Part shown: piece after piece, positions 20,768 through 30,366 of the stretch
Layout of the letters: each line of letters starts with the position of its first letter
Numbering within the stretch: position 1 is the stretch's first letter
Assembly: GCA_040755995.1 (NCBI GenBank)
Contig: JBFMAF010000026.1
Location: 108,889 to 172,888, forward strand
Direction of reading: 5' to 3'
DNA length: 64,000 nt
Source: Acidobacteriota bacterium
Lineage (GTDB): Bacteria > Acidobacteriota > CAIWXX01
Made by a program: the position numbers and the translations under genes
Notes under the pieces: generated by a model
The model's database searches: none
Told to the model about the DNA's origin: nothing
The model's input: only the letters and a program-made list of their open reading frames with translations

Positions 20768-22792
20768 ATGGGTCTATTCAAGAAGGACGAGCCCCAGGAA
20801 GTGGAGCAGGCGCCACGGCCCGACACGGCGATCGCGGAGCTCCGGGGCAGCCTGGAGAGGGCTAGGCTGCCTGAGACAGCGGCCGTTGTTGCGGCCAGGG
20901 AGCTTCAAAAGCTGGAGAAGACTGAGGCCGGCACACCGGAGTACACGATCGCAGTGAACTACCTGGAGTATCTGGCGGCGCTGCCCTGGAACCGCTTCAC
21001 AGAGGACAACCTGGACATGAAGCGCGCCGAGGCGCTGTTGGAGTCGAGGCATCACGGGCTGGCGCACGTGAAGGAGCGAATCCTGGAGTATCTGGCCGTC
21101 CGGACCCTGTATAGCCTTCGCACGTCACACATACTCGTCGTAGACGACGAGGAAATCGCCCGCAACAACCTCGAGCACGTGCTGCGGAAGGAAGGCTACA
21201 AGGTCACCACTGCGGGCAACGGCCGCGAGGCTCTGGAGAAGGTGAAGGAAAACGAGTTCGACATCGTCCTGACGGATCTCAAGATGGAGAAGATGGACGG
21301 GATGCAGCTGCTGGCCTCGCTCAAGCAGGTGGCGCCTCACTCGCGGGTGGTGATGATCACCGGCTACGCCACGGTCGCCTCCGCAGTGGACGCCCTGAAG
21401 CAGGGGGCTGCCGACTACCTGCCCAAACCGATCAACCTCGACGAGCTGCGCGCGGTCGTGCGCCAGATCCTCGAGAAGCGGCGCCACCTGCAGCTATCGA
21501 AGAGTCCTCTGTTGTGTTTCTCGGGGCCGCCTGGCACGGGCAAGACGTCGATCGGCCAGTCGATTGCGGAGGCGTTGGAGCGGAGGTTCGTGCGGATTTC
21601 GGTGGCGGGGCTGCGGGATGAGGCTGACATGCGAGGCCATCGAAGAACGTACGTGGGGGCGATGCCGGGGAGGATCATCAACGAGATCAAACGCATTGAC
21701 GTCCGGAACCCGGTATTCATGCTCGACGAAATCGACAAAGTGGGGCAGGACTTCCGCGGCGATCCCGCCTCGGTTCTGCTGGAGGTGCTCGATCCGGAGC
21801 AGAACAGCCGCTTTGTCGACCACTACCTGGATGTACCCTTCGATCTATCCGGCGTCATGTTCATCGCCACCGCGAACATCGTGGAAAAACTGCCGGACGC
21901 GCTGCGTGACCGGCTGGAAGTGATACCGTTCCCGGGATACACGGAATCGGAGAAGCAGAAGATCGCGAGACAGTATCTCATACCTCGCCAGTCGAGGGAG
22001 CACGGCCTGCCGCTTCAGGAGGTAGACTTCACCGACGGGGCCGTCGTCAAGCTCATCCGCGAGCACACGCAGGAGGCCGGCGTGAGAAACCTGGAAAGAG
22101 AGATCGCGACCATCCTCCGGAAGCTGGCCCGGCGGCAGTTGCGCGGCGATAGGGACACGGGTCGGACGCAGATCGATGAGGCGTTGGTCGAAGCCCTGTT
22201 GGGGCCACGCAGGTTCACTCACGATACCATCAGCGGTGCGAACCGCACGGGAGTAGCTACCGGGCTCGTCTGGACGGAGTTCGGTGGTGAGATCGTCTTC
22301 GTCGAGACGACCATGATGAAAGGGAGCCAGCAGCTCATCTTGACCGGCTCTCTCGGGAGTGTACTGCGCGAGTCGGCCCAGACGGCGCTGAGCTATATTC
22401 GAAGTCGCGCGAGCGATTTTGGGGTCGATCCTGATTTCTTCAGGGGGCACGACATTCACGTCCATATTCCCGCGGGTGCAATTCCCAAGGACGGCCCCTC
22501 GGCCGGCCTGACTGTGGCGTTGGCCTTGATCTCACTGCTCACGGGCAGGCCCGCCCGCTGCGATACGGCTCTCACGGGCGAGATAACCCTCAACGGCCGC
22601 ATCCTGCCCATCAGCGGCGTCCGAGAGAAGGTGCTTGCCGCTCAGCGAGCAGGTGTCAGGTGTGTCGTGTTCCCTGCAGACAACGCGGTCGACGTGGCGG
22701 GACTGGACTCGGAGACGAAGGAAGGCGTCGAGGTCATCCTCGCAGGTGAGATTGCCACGCTTCTTGACGTGGTGCTCGTCGCCCCGGCCTGA
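20768..22792 (+). CDS. lon: Lon (endopeptidase La) lacking the N-domain, with inserted receiver domain
   Basis: ERILEYLAV, REC (ILVVDDE, LTDLKM, YLPKP), GPPGTGKT, RGHRRTYVGAMPG, LDEIDK, PKDGPSAG. Confidence 0.93.
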   Translation: MGLFKKDEPQEVEQAPRPDTAIAELRGSLERARLPETAAVVAARELQKLEKTEAGTPEYTIAVNYLEYLAALPWNRFTEDNLDMKRAEALLESRHHGLAHVKERILEYLAVRTLYSLRTSHILVVDDEEIARNNLEHVLRKEGYKVTTAGNGREALEKVKENEFDIVLTDLKMEKMDGMQLLASLKQVAPHSRVVMITGYATVASAVDALKQGAADYLPKPINLDELRAVVRQILEKRRHLQLSKSPLLCFSGPPGTGKTSIGQSIAEALERRFVRISVAGLRDEADMRGHRRTYVGAMPGRIINEIKRIDVRNPVFMLDEIDKVGQDFRGDPASVLLEVLDPEQNSRFVDHYLDVPFDLSGVMFIATANIVEKLPDALRDRLEVIPFPGYTESEKQKIARQYLIPRQSREHGLPLQEVDFTDGAVVKLIREHTQEAGVRNLEREIATILRKLARRQLRGDRDTGRTQIDEALVEALLGPRRFTHDTISGANRTGVATGLVWTEFGGEIVFVETTMMKGSQQLILTGSLGSVLRESAQTALSYIRSRASDFGVDPDFFRGHDIHVHIPAGAIPKDGPSAGLTVALALISLLTGRPARCDTALTGEITLNGRILPISGVREKVLAAQRAGVRCVVFPADNAVDVAGLDSETKEGVEVILAGEIATLLDVVLVAPA

Positions 22793-22857
22793 GCCGCATG
22801 CTCTGGATCGGAAATGGGCAGGGCGCGCGCCGCGCGCCCCTACGCCTCATCTGGCGG

Positions 22858-22998
22858 TTTGCATTGTGCCCTTTGCATTTCGCGCTCCACACTGTGCACT
22901 CCACGCTCTGCATATTGTTTACATATGGCAATGTGCACGGCGCATGTTCCTTACACTTTGCATTCAGTGCATACCGTGCACTTTGCATGTTGCATTGT
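22858..22998. repeat. Degenerate heptamer array (TTTGCAT/TGCAC)
   Basis: Repeated TGCA(T/C) cores at about 7-bp spacing between convergent genes. Confidence 0.65.
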
Positions 22999-22999
22999 C

Positions 23000-24349
23000 C
23001 TAGGATTCCATCTTGTATCGTCGGAGCTTTCGCCAGAGCGAGACCCGATCGATTCCCAGCATCTCCGCCGCCCTCGTCTTGTTGCCCTGCACCTGCTCCA
23101 GGACCCACGCGATGTACTCTTTCTCGTTCTCCTCCAGTGTCAGGAAGCGTGAGGGCCCACGGCACTGAAAGCGGAGGCTCAGCTGCTGCAGGTCTGGCGG
23201 CAGGTGGCGGCGTTCGATAATCGGGCCCTCTGCCAGCGCCACAGCCCGCTCGATCACATTCTCCAGCTCGCGCACGTTGCCCGGGAACTCATAGGACATG
23301 AGCGTCTGCATCACATCATCGGCGACGCGGTCGATCCGTTTGGCCTGAGCCAGGGAGAACTTCTGAATGAAGTGCTGGACGAGCAGTGGAACGTCGTCGT
23401 TTCGTTCGGCAAGCGAGGGGACGCGAATTGCGAAGATGTTGAGACGATAGTACAGGTCCTGGCGGAACGCACCCCTCTCGACTTCCAGCTTGAGATCCTT
23501 GTTGGTCGCGGCTATCACACGGATATCTACGGCGATCTCGTCGGTCGCCCCTACGCGCATGAGTCGCTTCTCCTGCAGCACTCGAAGCAGCTTGACCTGC
23601 ATGGACTGGGGCATTTCTGCGATCTCGTCCAGGAACATGGTCCCGTCGCTGGCGGCTTCCAAGAGCCCCTTCTTGACGCTGCGGGCCCCTGTGAACGCCT
23701 CGCGCTCGTGGCCAAACAGCTCGTTTGCCAGCAGCTCCTCGGAAAAGGCGCCGCAATTGACGGCGAGGAAGCGACGGGCGGAGCGGCTGCTGAGCTGATG
23801 AACCGTCTTCGCCACCAGCTCCTTGCCCGTCCCGGTCGCTCCAAGTATCAGGACTGTGCAGTCGGTCGCGGCGACCTGCGCGATGCTCTTCTTGAGAGCC
23901 TCCATAGGAGGGCTGCTGCCGACCAGATTGTCGATCTCCTTCCGCACTTCCTGCCTGAGCTGTGTGACTTCACGGCGGAGGGCACGCCGCTCGACCGCCC
24001 TGCGGGCGACGATCCTGACTTCGTCGATTTCGTAAGGCTTGGGGATGTAGTGATACGCGCCTTTGTGCATCGCCTCCACAGCCGAGGCCACCGTCGCGTA
24101 TCCCGTGATCACGATGACCTCGGTGTCCGGCCAGAGCTGCTTCGCCCGTTCCATGACCTGCATCCCGTCGAAGTCCGGCATGCGCAGGTCGGTGAACACA
24201 AGATCGAACTCCGCGCTCTCCAGCTCCCGGATAGCAGCCGCTCCACCCGCTGCCGTTACCGTCGCATAACCTTCTTTGCGGAGGACATGATCCAGATTCT
24301 CGCGCGCGATTGCCTCGTCTTCTACGATCAGTATGCGAGGCGGGTCCAC
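23000..24349 (-). CDS. sigma54-dependent response regulator (NtrC family)
   Basis: REC, GATGTGKE, EAFTGA, LDEI, PGNVRELEN, Fis HTH. Confidence 0.95.
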   Translation of the reverse strand: MDPPRILIVEDEAIARENLDHVLRKEGYATVTAAGGAAAIRELESAEFDLVFTDLRMPDFDGMQVMERAKQLWPDTEVIVITGYATVASAVEAMHKGAYHYIPKPYEIDEVRIVARRAVERRALRREVTQLRQEVRKEIDNLVGSSPPMEALKKSIAQVAATDCTVLILGATGTGKELVAKTVHQLSSRSARRFLAVNCGAFSEELLANELFGHEREAFTGARSVKKGLLEAASDGTMFLDEIAEMPQSMQVKLLRVLQEKRLMRVGATDEIAVDIRVIAATNKDLKLEVERGAFRQDLYYRLNIFAIRVPSLAERNDDVPLLVQHFIQKFSLAQAKRIDRVADDVMQTLMSYEFPGNVRELENVIERAVALAEGPIIERRHLPPDLQQLSLRFQCRGPSRFLTLEENEKEYIAWVLEQVQGNKTRAAEMLGIDRVSLWRKLRRYKMES

Positions 24350-24380
24350 GACTCAGTCCTCCCCGGAGGCGATGAACATG

Positions 24381-25862
24381 TCACAGGATCAGAGACCCCG
24401 GGTCCGTCATCTCGGAGGCGGGCTCGGTGGGTGTGAGACTCGGGCGCAGCGGCAGTCTGATGGTGAAGCGAGTACCCTCGCCCTGCTTGCTCTCCACGGT
24501 TATCGTCCCCTGATGGCGCTGGATGATACCATAGACGATCGAGAGCCCCAATCCGGTGCCGGAGCTCACATCTTTGGTCGTGAAGAACGGATCGAAGATG
24601 CGCGGGAGGTCCTTGTCGGCGATGCCGATGCCCGTGTCTTCCAGCGTGATGACGGCCTGGTCCTGGGCGGCATCCGTGGATGCGTGGATGCGGACCTGGC
24701 CCGGAGGGGATTCGATTGCCTGGATGGCGTTCATCAACAGGTTCAGGAACACCTGCTGCATGCGCTGTGAGTCCAGGTACAGCATCATCTCCTTCGGGAC
24801 TTCCCTGAGCAGGTCGACACCGGGCGGCAATTGGCTCGATATCAATCTCACCGAGCTCTCCACCACCTCCCACAGCGACGCCCGGTTGAGCGCGAACTCC
24901 TTGACCCTGGAGAACTCAAGAAGGCCCCGCACGGTGTCGCGCGCCCTCCGGACCTCCTGCTCGACATTCGCGAGCATCTTTCGGAGAAACGGGGCGTCGC
25001 CGTGGCCGAGCTCCTCGATGAGTATCTGGCAGGAGGTGGAGATGTTGTTTAGCGGGTTGTTGAGCTGATGGGCGATGCCCGAAGTGAGGATTCCGAGCGA
25101 CGAGAGCTTCTTGGCCTGGAGAAGCTGATCCTGTCGCTTCTGGAGCTCCATGACCATGCGATTGAATACCTCGACCACGCGTTGCGTCTCGTCACCGGAA
25201 TCTACGACCGGCAGGAGACTAAAGTGACCTTGAGCTATGCGGTGCGTCGTCTCCTCGATCGCTCTCAGTGGTCGTATGATCCCTCTGGCAACCACCGGAA
25301 TGAGGAAGGCGCTCAGGCCGAGGAACACGAGCAACGAGTAGAGGAGGTGGGCCTTGAGCGTCCGGATGATCGTCAGCACTTTCTCCCGTTCGAAGCTCAC
25401 CAGCTCTTGTGCGATATCCACCATGGTCTTGCCGGTCTCCCGCAGACGCTCCTCCACGTGCTCCGCGCACAGCCTGTCCGACCGCTCGCGGCAGCCCTGT
25501 ATCTGCTGCATCAGGTTGCGATACTCGTAGAAATCGCTCTGGAGCACGTCCAGTCGCAGAGCCCCCTCCACGTCCGCTATCTCCGGCTCGATCGAGTCGA
25601 GCACCTCGATGCCTTTCTGCACGTACCGGCTGTTCTCGTCCAGATCGCTCTGCATGCCATATAACAGGTAGTTCTTCTCGTACCGGCGCGCCTCCAGAAT
25701 AACGTTGCTGAGGTCGTCCGCGATCTCTACTATGCGCTGGTTGCGTTCCACCTGCCTCAGGTAGTCGTACGAAAGCGCCCCGATCGAACCGATGAGGATA
25801 ACCGCCAGCGTGAGCGCACCCGCGACCTTCTGCCTGATGTTCAGACGGAGCCTTGATCGCAT
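24381..25862 (-). CDS. HAMP sensor histidine kinase
   Basis: Two TM helices, HAMP, AHQLNNPL, NAIQA, DTGIGI, FFTTK, GTGLGL. Confidence 0.95.
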   Translation of the reverse strand: MRSRLRLNIRQKVAGALTLAVILIGSIGALSYDYLRQVERNQRIVEIADDLSNVILEARRYEKNYLLYGMQSDLDENSRYVQKGIEVLDSIEPEIADVEGALRLDVLQSDFYEYRNLMQQIQGCRERSDRLCAEHVEERLRETGKTMVDIAQELVSFEREKVLTIIRTLKAHLLYSLLVFLGLSAFLIPVVARGIIRPLRAIEETTHRIAQGHFSLLPVVDSGDETQRVVEVFNRMVMELQKRQDQLLQAKKLSSLGILTSGIAHQLNNPLNNISTSCQILIEELGHGDAPFLRKMLANVEQEVRRARDTVRGLLEFSRVKEFALNRASLWEVVESSVRLISSQLPPGVDLLREVPKEMMLYLDSQRMQQVFLNLLMNAIQAIESPPGQVRIHASTDAAQDQAVITLEDTGIGIADKDLPRIFDPFFTTKDVSSGTGLGLSIVYGIIQRHQGTITVESKQGEGTRFTIRLPLRPSLTPTEPASEMTDPGSLIL

Positions 25863-25908
25863 ACCTGCCTGGCTAGAAGCGAAGGCCCGCCCTGACGTAC
25901 ATGTGCGG

Positions 25909-27096
25909 TCAGGAGCCGCCGGTCCGAGTGAAGCGGAGGTGCTGATTGACGAACTGTTCGATGTACATGTCGGTGACCGGCTCGTTGAGCAGCACCATGT
26001 CGAGCTGCTTGGTGTAGGCCGTCAGCTTGCCGATCGCCTCCAGCCGCGCCTCCAGGTCCTCCAGCGCCCGCCGGGCCAGAATCGAATCGATCAGGTCGTC
26101 CTTCTGGAACACCCTGAAGCCCATCCGCCTGAGGATCTCGGCTACCAGTCTGATCCGCCGGAGCCTCCGGTCAAGCGCGGCGCCGCCGCCCTTGAAGAAG
26201 AACCGTATGTAGTTCTCGGAAACGCTCTCGCCGGCGTAGGAGTCCACCATGGAGAAATGATACCCCAGCCTGATCGCGAAGTTCGTGTAGTTCCGGGACA
26301 CGACACCGAAGCTCCGTTCTCCCATTCTCCGGATCTGTTCGTCCGGCACAGTCGCCGCGTGGGCCATCATGCCCAGGAATCCACGAGCATCGACCGGCGG
26401 GGGATCGGGCCATTTCATCGAAATCATCCCCTTCAGCAAGGGACGAAACGGCACCGACAGAATATCTTCCGGCGTGGCTTTTTTCAGATCGGGTTTGAGC
26501 CCGCCCCCCATGTCGGAAATCTGCGCGAGGATCGGGATGCCGGCGACCAGGTCCACCGTCCGCTTCGCCTGGACGTGCAGCCCGGATGTAACCTTGACGA
26601 AAAAATAGATCGCCTTCTCGTGTGAGAAGTGCGTGACGTCGTGCAGAGTCCGGCACGACTCGGGCTTGAAATCCGGATCCTCGGGGTCCACAAGATGAAG
26701 AGGGGAGATGTGATGCAGCAGGTCCGGAAGCGCAGGGGGGCCGCCGGATTCCTCCGATCGAGGATTCAACCGCGCTTCCAGCGCACATCGGATCCGTTCG
26801 TCGATCCCGGCGACGATCGAGGGAAGCTGCGGGAATTTCTCCTTGGAGAGCGCATTCAGCCCGTCCACCATGCACACCACATCTCTTGCCAGCTCACCGA
26901 TCGCTCCCGCCAGGCGACCCGGGTCAGGATTGTCCTTCGTAACCAGCGCTTCCTCGATCTCGGCGATCAGCTCCAGCGCGCGGTTGTTCCTCGCGAGTAT
27001 GTCTTGGAACACGCCGCAGGGCTCGACTGCCGCCGCGGGTGTCTCCTCAGCGACCGCAGTTGCGTTCCTCCGAAAGAGCTTCCAGATATCCGGCAT
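25909..27096 (-). CDS. PEP-synthase/dikinase-associated protein lacking the catalytic core
   Basis: NNRALELIAE N-part; CRTLHDVTHFSHEKA, RLGYHF, FFKGGGA C-part; no ATP-grasp or phospho-His motif seen. Confidence 0.65.
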   Translation of the reverse strand: MPDIWKLFRRNATAVAEETPAAAVEPCGVFQDILARNNRALELIAEIEEALVTKDNPDPGRLAGAIGELARDVVCMVDGLNALSKEKFPQLPSIVAGIDERIRCALEARLNPRSEESGGPPALPDLLHHISPLHLVDPEDPDFKPESCRTLHDVTHFSHEKAIYFFVKVTSGLHVQAKRTVDLVAGIPILAQISDMGGGLKPDLKKATPEDILSVPFRPLLKGMISMKWPDPPPVDARGFLGMMAHAATVPDEQIRRMGERSFGVVSRNYTNFAIRLGYHFSMVDSYAGESVSENYIRFFFKGGGAALDRRLRRIRLVAEILRRMGFRVFQKDDLIDSILARRALEDLEARLEAIGKLTAYTKQLDMVLLNEPVTDMYIEQFVNQHLRFTRTGGS

Positions 27097-27104
27097 GCGG
27101 GGTA

Positions 27105-27110
27105 ATTATA
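27105..27110 (-). promoter_or_regulatory. Candidate -10 box (possibly leaderless transcript)
   Basis: TATAAT 8 nt before ATG 27096; no RBS. Confidence 0.4.
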
Positions 27111-27165
27111 CAGCGCGTCATCAGTCCACAACAGATCCCCGAGCCGCCTTCGTCCGGCGGCACCG

Positions 27166-27260
27166 CACGTGCACACGTGAACGTAGACATCGACGTGAAC
27201 GTGAACGAATCCCAGCGGTTGGGCCGTTCACGTCCACGTTCACGTTCTACGATCACGATC
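27166..27260. repeat. Hexamer arrays in inverted orientation (ACGTGA / TCACGT)
   Basis: GACGTGAACGTGAACG...CGTTCACGTCCACGTTCACGT. Confidence 0.7.
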
Positions 27261-27371
27261 AGCAACCAGCTGGGGAAGGTGTCTCTGAATGGTATCACCG
27301 CACCACAGCATTGGCACCGGATCGGGGAGTCGACGCGCCGGATGACGCGCTGCGTCACAACAGGATGACGC

Positions 27372-27400
27372 TTGACTGAAATAGGTAATATCATTAGTCT
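27372..27400 (+). promoter_or_regulatory. Candidate sigma70 promoter of gntR operon
   Basis: TTGACT-N17-TAGTCT in an AT-rich patch. Confidence 0.5.
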
Positions 27401-27425
27401 GATGTTGTCTTAAGATCGTAAGGTT

Positions 27426-28190
27426 ATGACAACCGGACAATCGAATCCACCAACTGAGCCTCTGGACCGTGATCATCACCAGAAGCTGTATGTGCAGCTA
27501 TATGAGGCGTTGAAGCGCAAGATCGAGACAGGGGAGTGGGCGGTTGGATCGCAGATTCCGACCGAGGGCGGGCTCTGCGAGATGTTCAACGTGAGCCGAG
27601 CTACTGTGCGTGCAGCCATGCAGGACCTTGCCCGCCAGGGCTATCTGACTCGCCGGCAGGGCAAGGGTACATTTGTTCAGCGGCGGACGGCATCCGAAGG
27701 TCTCCCGGTACACACGAGCTTCCAGGAGCTGATGCTGGAAGACGCGGCGAAATGCGCCGTCACACTACTGGCGCGCACGGTCATGATGCCGGTGGACGGG
27801 CTGGACGCGGAGCTCGGCATCGCTCCGGACAGGCACGTGATCTACATCAGGCGGCTCTGGGCGATGGCGAACGAGCCGGTGATTCAGCAGGAGGCCTACA
27901 TCCCCTACCAGGCGTGCCCTGCTCTTCTGGAAGCGGAAATCTCAGGTGAGCCGCTGGTGTCGATTCTGGAGCGCAAGCACGGTATCAGGATCACTCGAGT
28001 GAGAACAAGGCTGGATGCGGTCCCGGCCGGCCCGGCGGATCGAAAGGCGATGAAAGTGCACGAAGGGTCCCCGTTGCTGGTTCTGCTCCAGCATTTCTAC
28101 TCCGGCGATACCGCCGTCGCATACGCGCGTTCGATAAAACCGGCTCGAAAACAGAGCCTGCTACTGGACTTCGAAAGGGAATCGGCTTGA
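27426..28190 (+). CDS. GntR-family regulator (HutC/UTRA type)
   Basis: LYVQL...IPTE...VSRATVRAA...QGKGTFV plus UTRA. Confidence 0.92.
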   Translation: MTTGQSNPPTEPLDRDHHQKLYVQLYEALKRKIETGEWAVGSQIPTEGGLCEMFNVSRATVRAAMQDLARQGYLTRRQGKGTFVQRRTASEGLPVHTSFQELMLEDAAKCAVTLLARTVMMPVDGLDAELGIAPDRHVIYIRRLWAMANEPVIQQEAYIPYQACPALLEAEISGEPLVSILERKHGIRITRVRTRLDAVPAGPADRKAMKVHEGSPLLVLLQHFYSGDTAVAYARSIKPARKQSLLLDFERESA

Positions 28191-28205
28191 TGAAAGGAGG
28201 AGCCA

Positions 28206-28730
28206 ATGTCTGATACCAAGGTCGTCAAAGATCTGATGATCGGCATCTTCGACTACCCGCATGTACCGTACTGGTTCTCGATCAGCCAGGCAATCAAGAT
28301 CGTGAGGGTATCGTTCCTGGACACCAACAAGTATCCCGAGCCGCTCGCGATCCTCGTCTTTGACCAGAAATACCACCTCCTCGGCACACTCACGCTCCGG
28401 GATATCCTTCGCGGATTGGAACCCAAGTTCCTGAAGGCGACTGTCGGCGGAGCCCATATCGTGGAGGGGGACCAGACGGAGCTCGCGCTCATCTGGGACA
28501 GTCTCTTCGACATCAAGGCGAAGGAGATGGCGGAGAGGCCGGTGAGCGAGATCATGATCCCGGCCAAGCACTTCGTGGAACCGCATGATCCGATCACGAA
28601 AGCCGCGTACCTGATGCTGCAGCATGACCTTGTGCTGCTGCCGGTTCTCGAAGAGAAGCGGAAGTTCGTCGGCTTGGTGCGCATGATCGAGATCTTCGAC
28701 GCGCTCTCGAACGCGATTCTGAAGGAGTAG
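28206..28730 (+). CDS. CBS-domain protein
   Basis: VKDLM...LLGTLTLRDIL...PVSEIM...LPVLE...FVGLV. Confidence 0.88.
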   Translation: MSDTKVVKDLMIGIFDYPHVPYWFSISQAIKIVRVSFLDTNKYPEPLAILVFDQKYHLLGTLTLRDILRGLEPKFLKATVGGAHIVEGDQTELALIWDSLFDIKAKEMAERPVSEIMIPAKHFVEPHDPITKAAYLMLQHDLVLLPVLEEKRKFVGLVRMIEIFDALSNAILKE

Positions 28731-28735
28731 CGGAG

Positions 28736-30250
28736 ATGGCAGAGGAGAAGAGGGCCGTCGAGGGACTGCCTGCGCCGCCTCTCGAAATCACCGTCGCGGT
28801 TCCCACGGTCAAGGTTGACTGGAAGCGGATCCTTTTCATTGCCTTGGGCCTGGCGCTTTTCCTGATTGTCTTCTACATGCCGCCGTGGCCCGACGCCGTC
28901 GACCCGCTGGGCAAGCACTTCACGCTCTCCAAAGAGGGGAAGGCCGCGATCGCGCTGTTCCTGATGGCCGGCACCTGGTGGGTCGCCGAGGTGGTGCCGA
29001 TCGGCGCCACGGCCATTGCGATCGGTGTATTCCAGGTTCTGTTCAACATCCGCCCGGCCAAAGAAGCATTCAAAGATTTCTTTGATCCGTCCGTATGGTT
29101 CATATTCGGATCCGTCGTCATCGGGGCCGCCTTCACCAGGACCGGCCTCACAAAGCGGCTGGCCGTGCAGATGCTCTCGATCGTGGGAGAGCGCACCAGC
29201 ATGATCCTTCTCGGCTCATATCTCGTGACCGCCGGACTGACTCTGGTGATGGCCCACACCGCCGCGGCTGCCACCGTCTTCCCGATCCTCATGGCCACCT
29301 ATGCACTGTACGGCGAAGGCGATCGCAAGACGAAGTTTGGCAAGGCGCTTTTCATCGGGATGGCGTACGCCGCAGGTGCTGGCAGCATCATTACGTACCT
29401 GGGCGCGGCGCGTGGGCCCGCCGCGGCCGGGATGTTCAAGGAGTTCACCGGGCGTGAGATGGGCTTCTTCCAGCTGCCGCTCTACATGCTCCTGATCGCC
29501 GTCGTGATGACCTTCGTCATCTGGGTCAACTTCATGGTCTTCCTGAAGCCGGAGAAGAAGACGATCCCGGGCTTGAAGGAGAAGGTGAAGCATCTTGCGA
29601 GAGAGCTCGGGCCGATGACGATCGGCGAGAAGTTCGTGATCGCAATCGTCGTCCTCGTCGTCCTCCTGATGGGCCTGCAGGCGTTTGTGCCGGCGCTCAA
29701 GACGATCGACCGAGCTGCAATCATGCTGATCGCCACACTGGCGTTCTTCGTGTTCAAGATCCTGACGGTGAAGGAGCTCGAGGAGATCCCGTGGAACATC
29801 ATCCTGCTTTTCGGCGGGGCGATGAGCATCGGCTTCTGCCTGTGGCGAACGGGCGGGGCCGAGTGGCTCGCGATCGAGTGGCTCGGGCTGTTCAAGGATG
29901 CGCCGTGGTTGATATTCGTGCTGAGCGTCGCGTTCTTCGTTCTGATCACGACCAACTTCATCATGAACGTGGCGGCGATCGCGCTGTCGCTGCCGATCTC
30001 TCTAGTTGTGGCGAAGTACATGGGTGTGGCTCCCGAGGTGATCGTATATGCATCACTCGTAACAGCAGGCATGCCGTTCTTGTTGCTCATCGGTGCAGCG
30101 CCCAACGCGATCGCGTACGGCTCGGAGCAGTTCACGGCCGGAGAGTATTTCAAGTACGGATTGATCCCGACGGTGGTGCTGATGGTCGTGCTCGGCATCG
30201 CGATCGTGACAATCTGGCCGCTCTGCGGAATGCCCGTGCTCGTGAAATAG
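28736..30250 (+). CDS. SLC13/DASS-family anion permease
   Basis: WWVAEVVP, MAHTA, GAARGP, IGAAPNAIAY; many TM helices. Confidence 0.9.
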   Translation: MAEEKRAVEGLPAPPLEITVAVPTVKVDWKRILFIALGLALFLIVFYMPPWPDAVDPLGKHFTLSKEGKAAIALFLMAGTWWVAEVVPIGATAIAIGVFQVLFNIRPAKEAFKDFFDPSVWFIFGSVVIGAAFTRTGLTKRLAVQMLSIVGERTSMILLGSYLVTAGLTLVMAHTAAAATVFPILMATYALYGEGDRKTKFGKALFIGMAYAAGAGSIITYLGAARGPAAAGMFKEFTGREMGFFQLPLYMLLIAVVMTFVIWVNFMVFLKPEKKTIPGLKEKVKHLARELGPMTIGEKFVIAIVVLVVLLMGLQAFVPALKTIDRAAIMLIATLAFFVFKILTVKELEEIPWNIILLFGGAMSIGFCLWRTGGAEWLAIEWLGLFKDAPWLIFVLSVAFFVLITTNFIMNVAAIALSLPISLVVAKYMGVAPEVIVYASLVTAGMPFLLLIGAAPNAIAYGSEQFTAGEYFKYGLIPTVVLMVVLGIAIVTIWPLCGMPVLVK

Positions 30251-30324
30251 GGGAAAGGCGAGAGGGAATAGGGGAAAGGGTGGGGAGGCACGGAGCACCG
30301 AGCACTGAGCGCTGAGCACCGCGC
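30251..30324 (+). repeat. Short heptamer arrays (GGGAAAG; GAGCAC[CT])
   Basis: GAGCACC GAGCACT GAGCGCT GAGCACC after the SLC13 stop. Confidence 0.55.
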
Positions 30325-30366
30325 AGCAGCCACTCTTCCTCACGAGCCAGGACTCACGGAGGGGGC

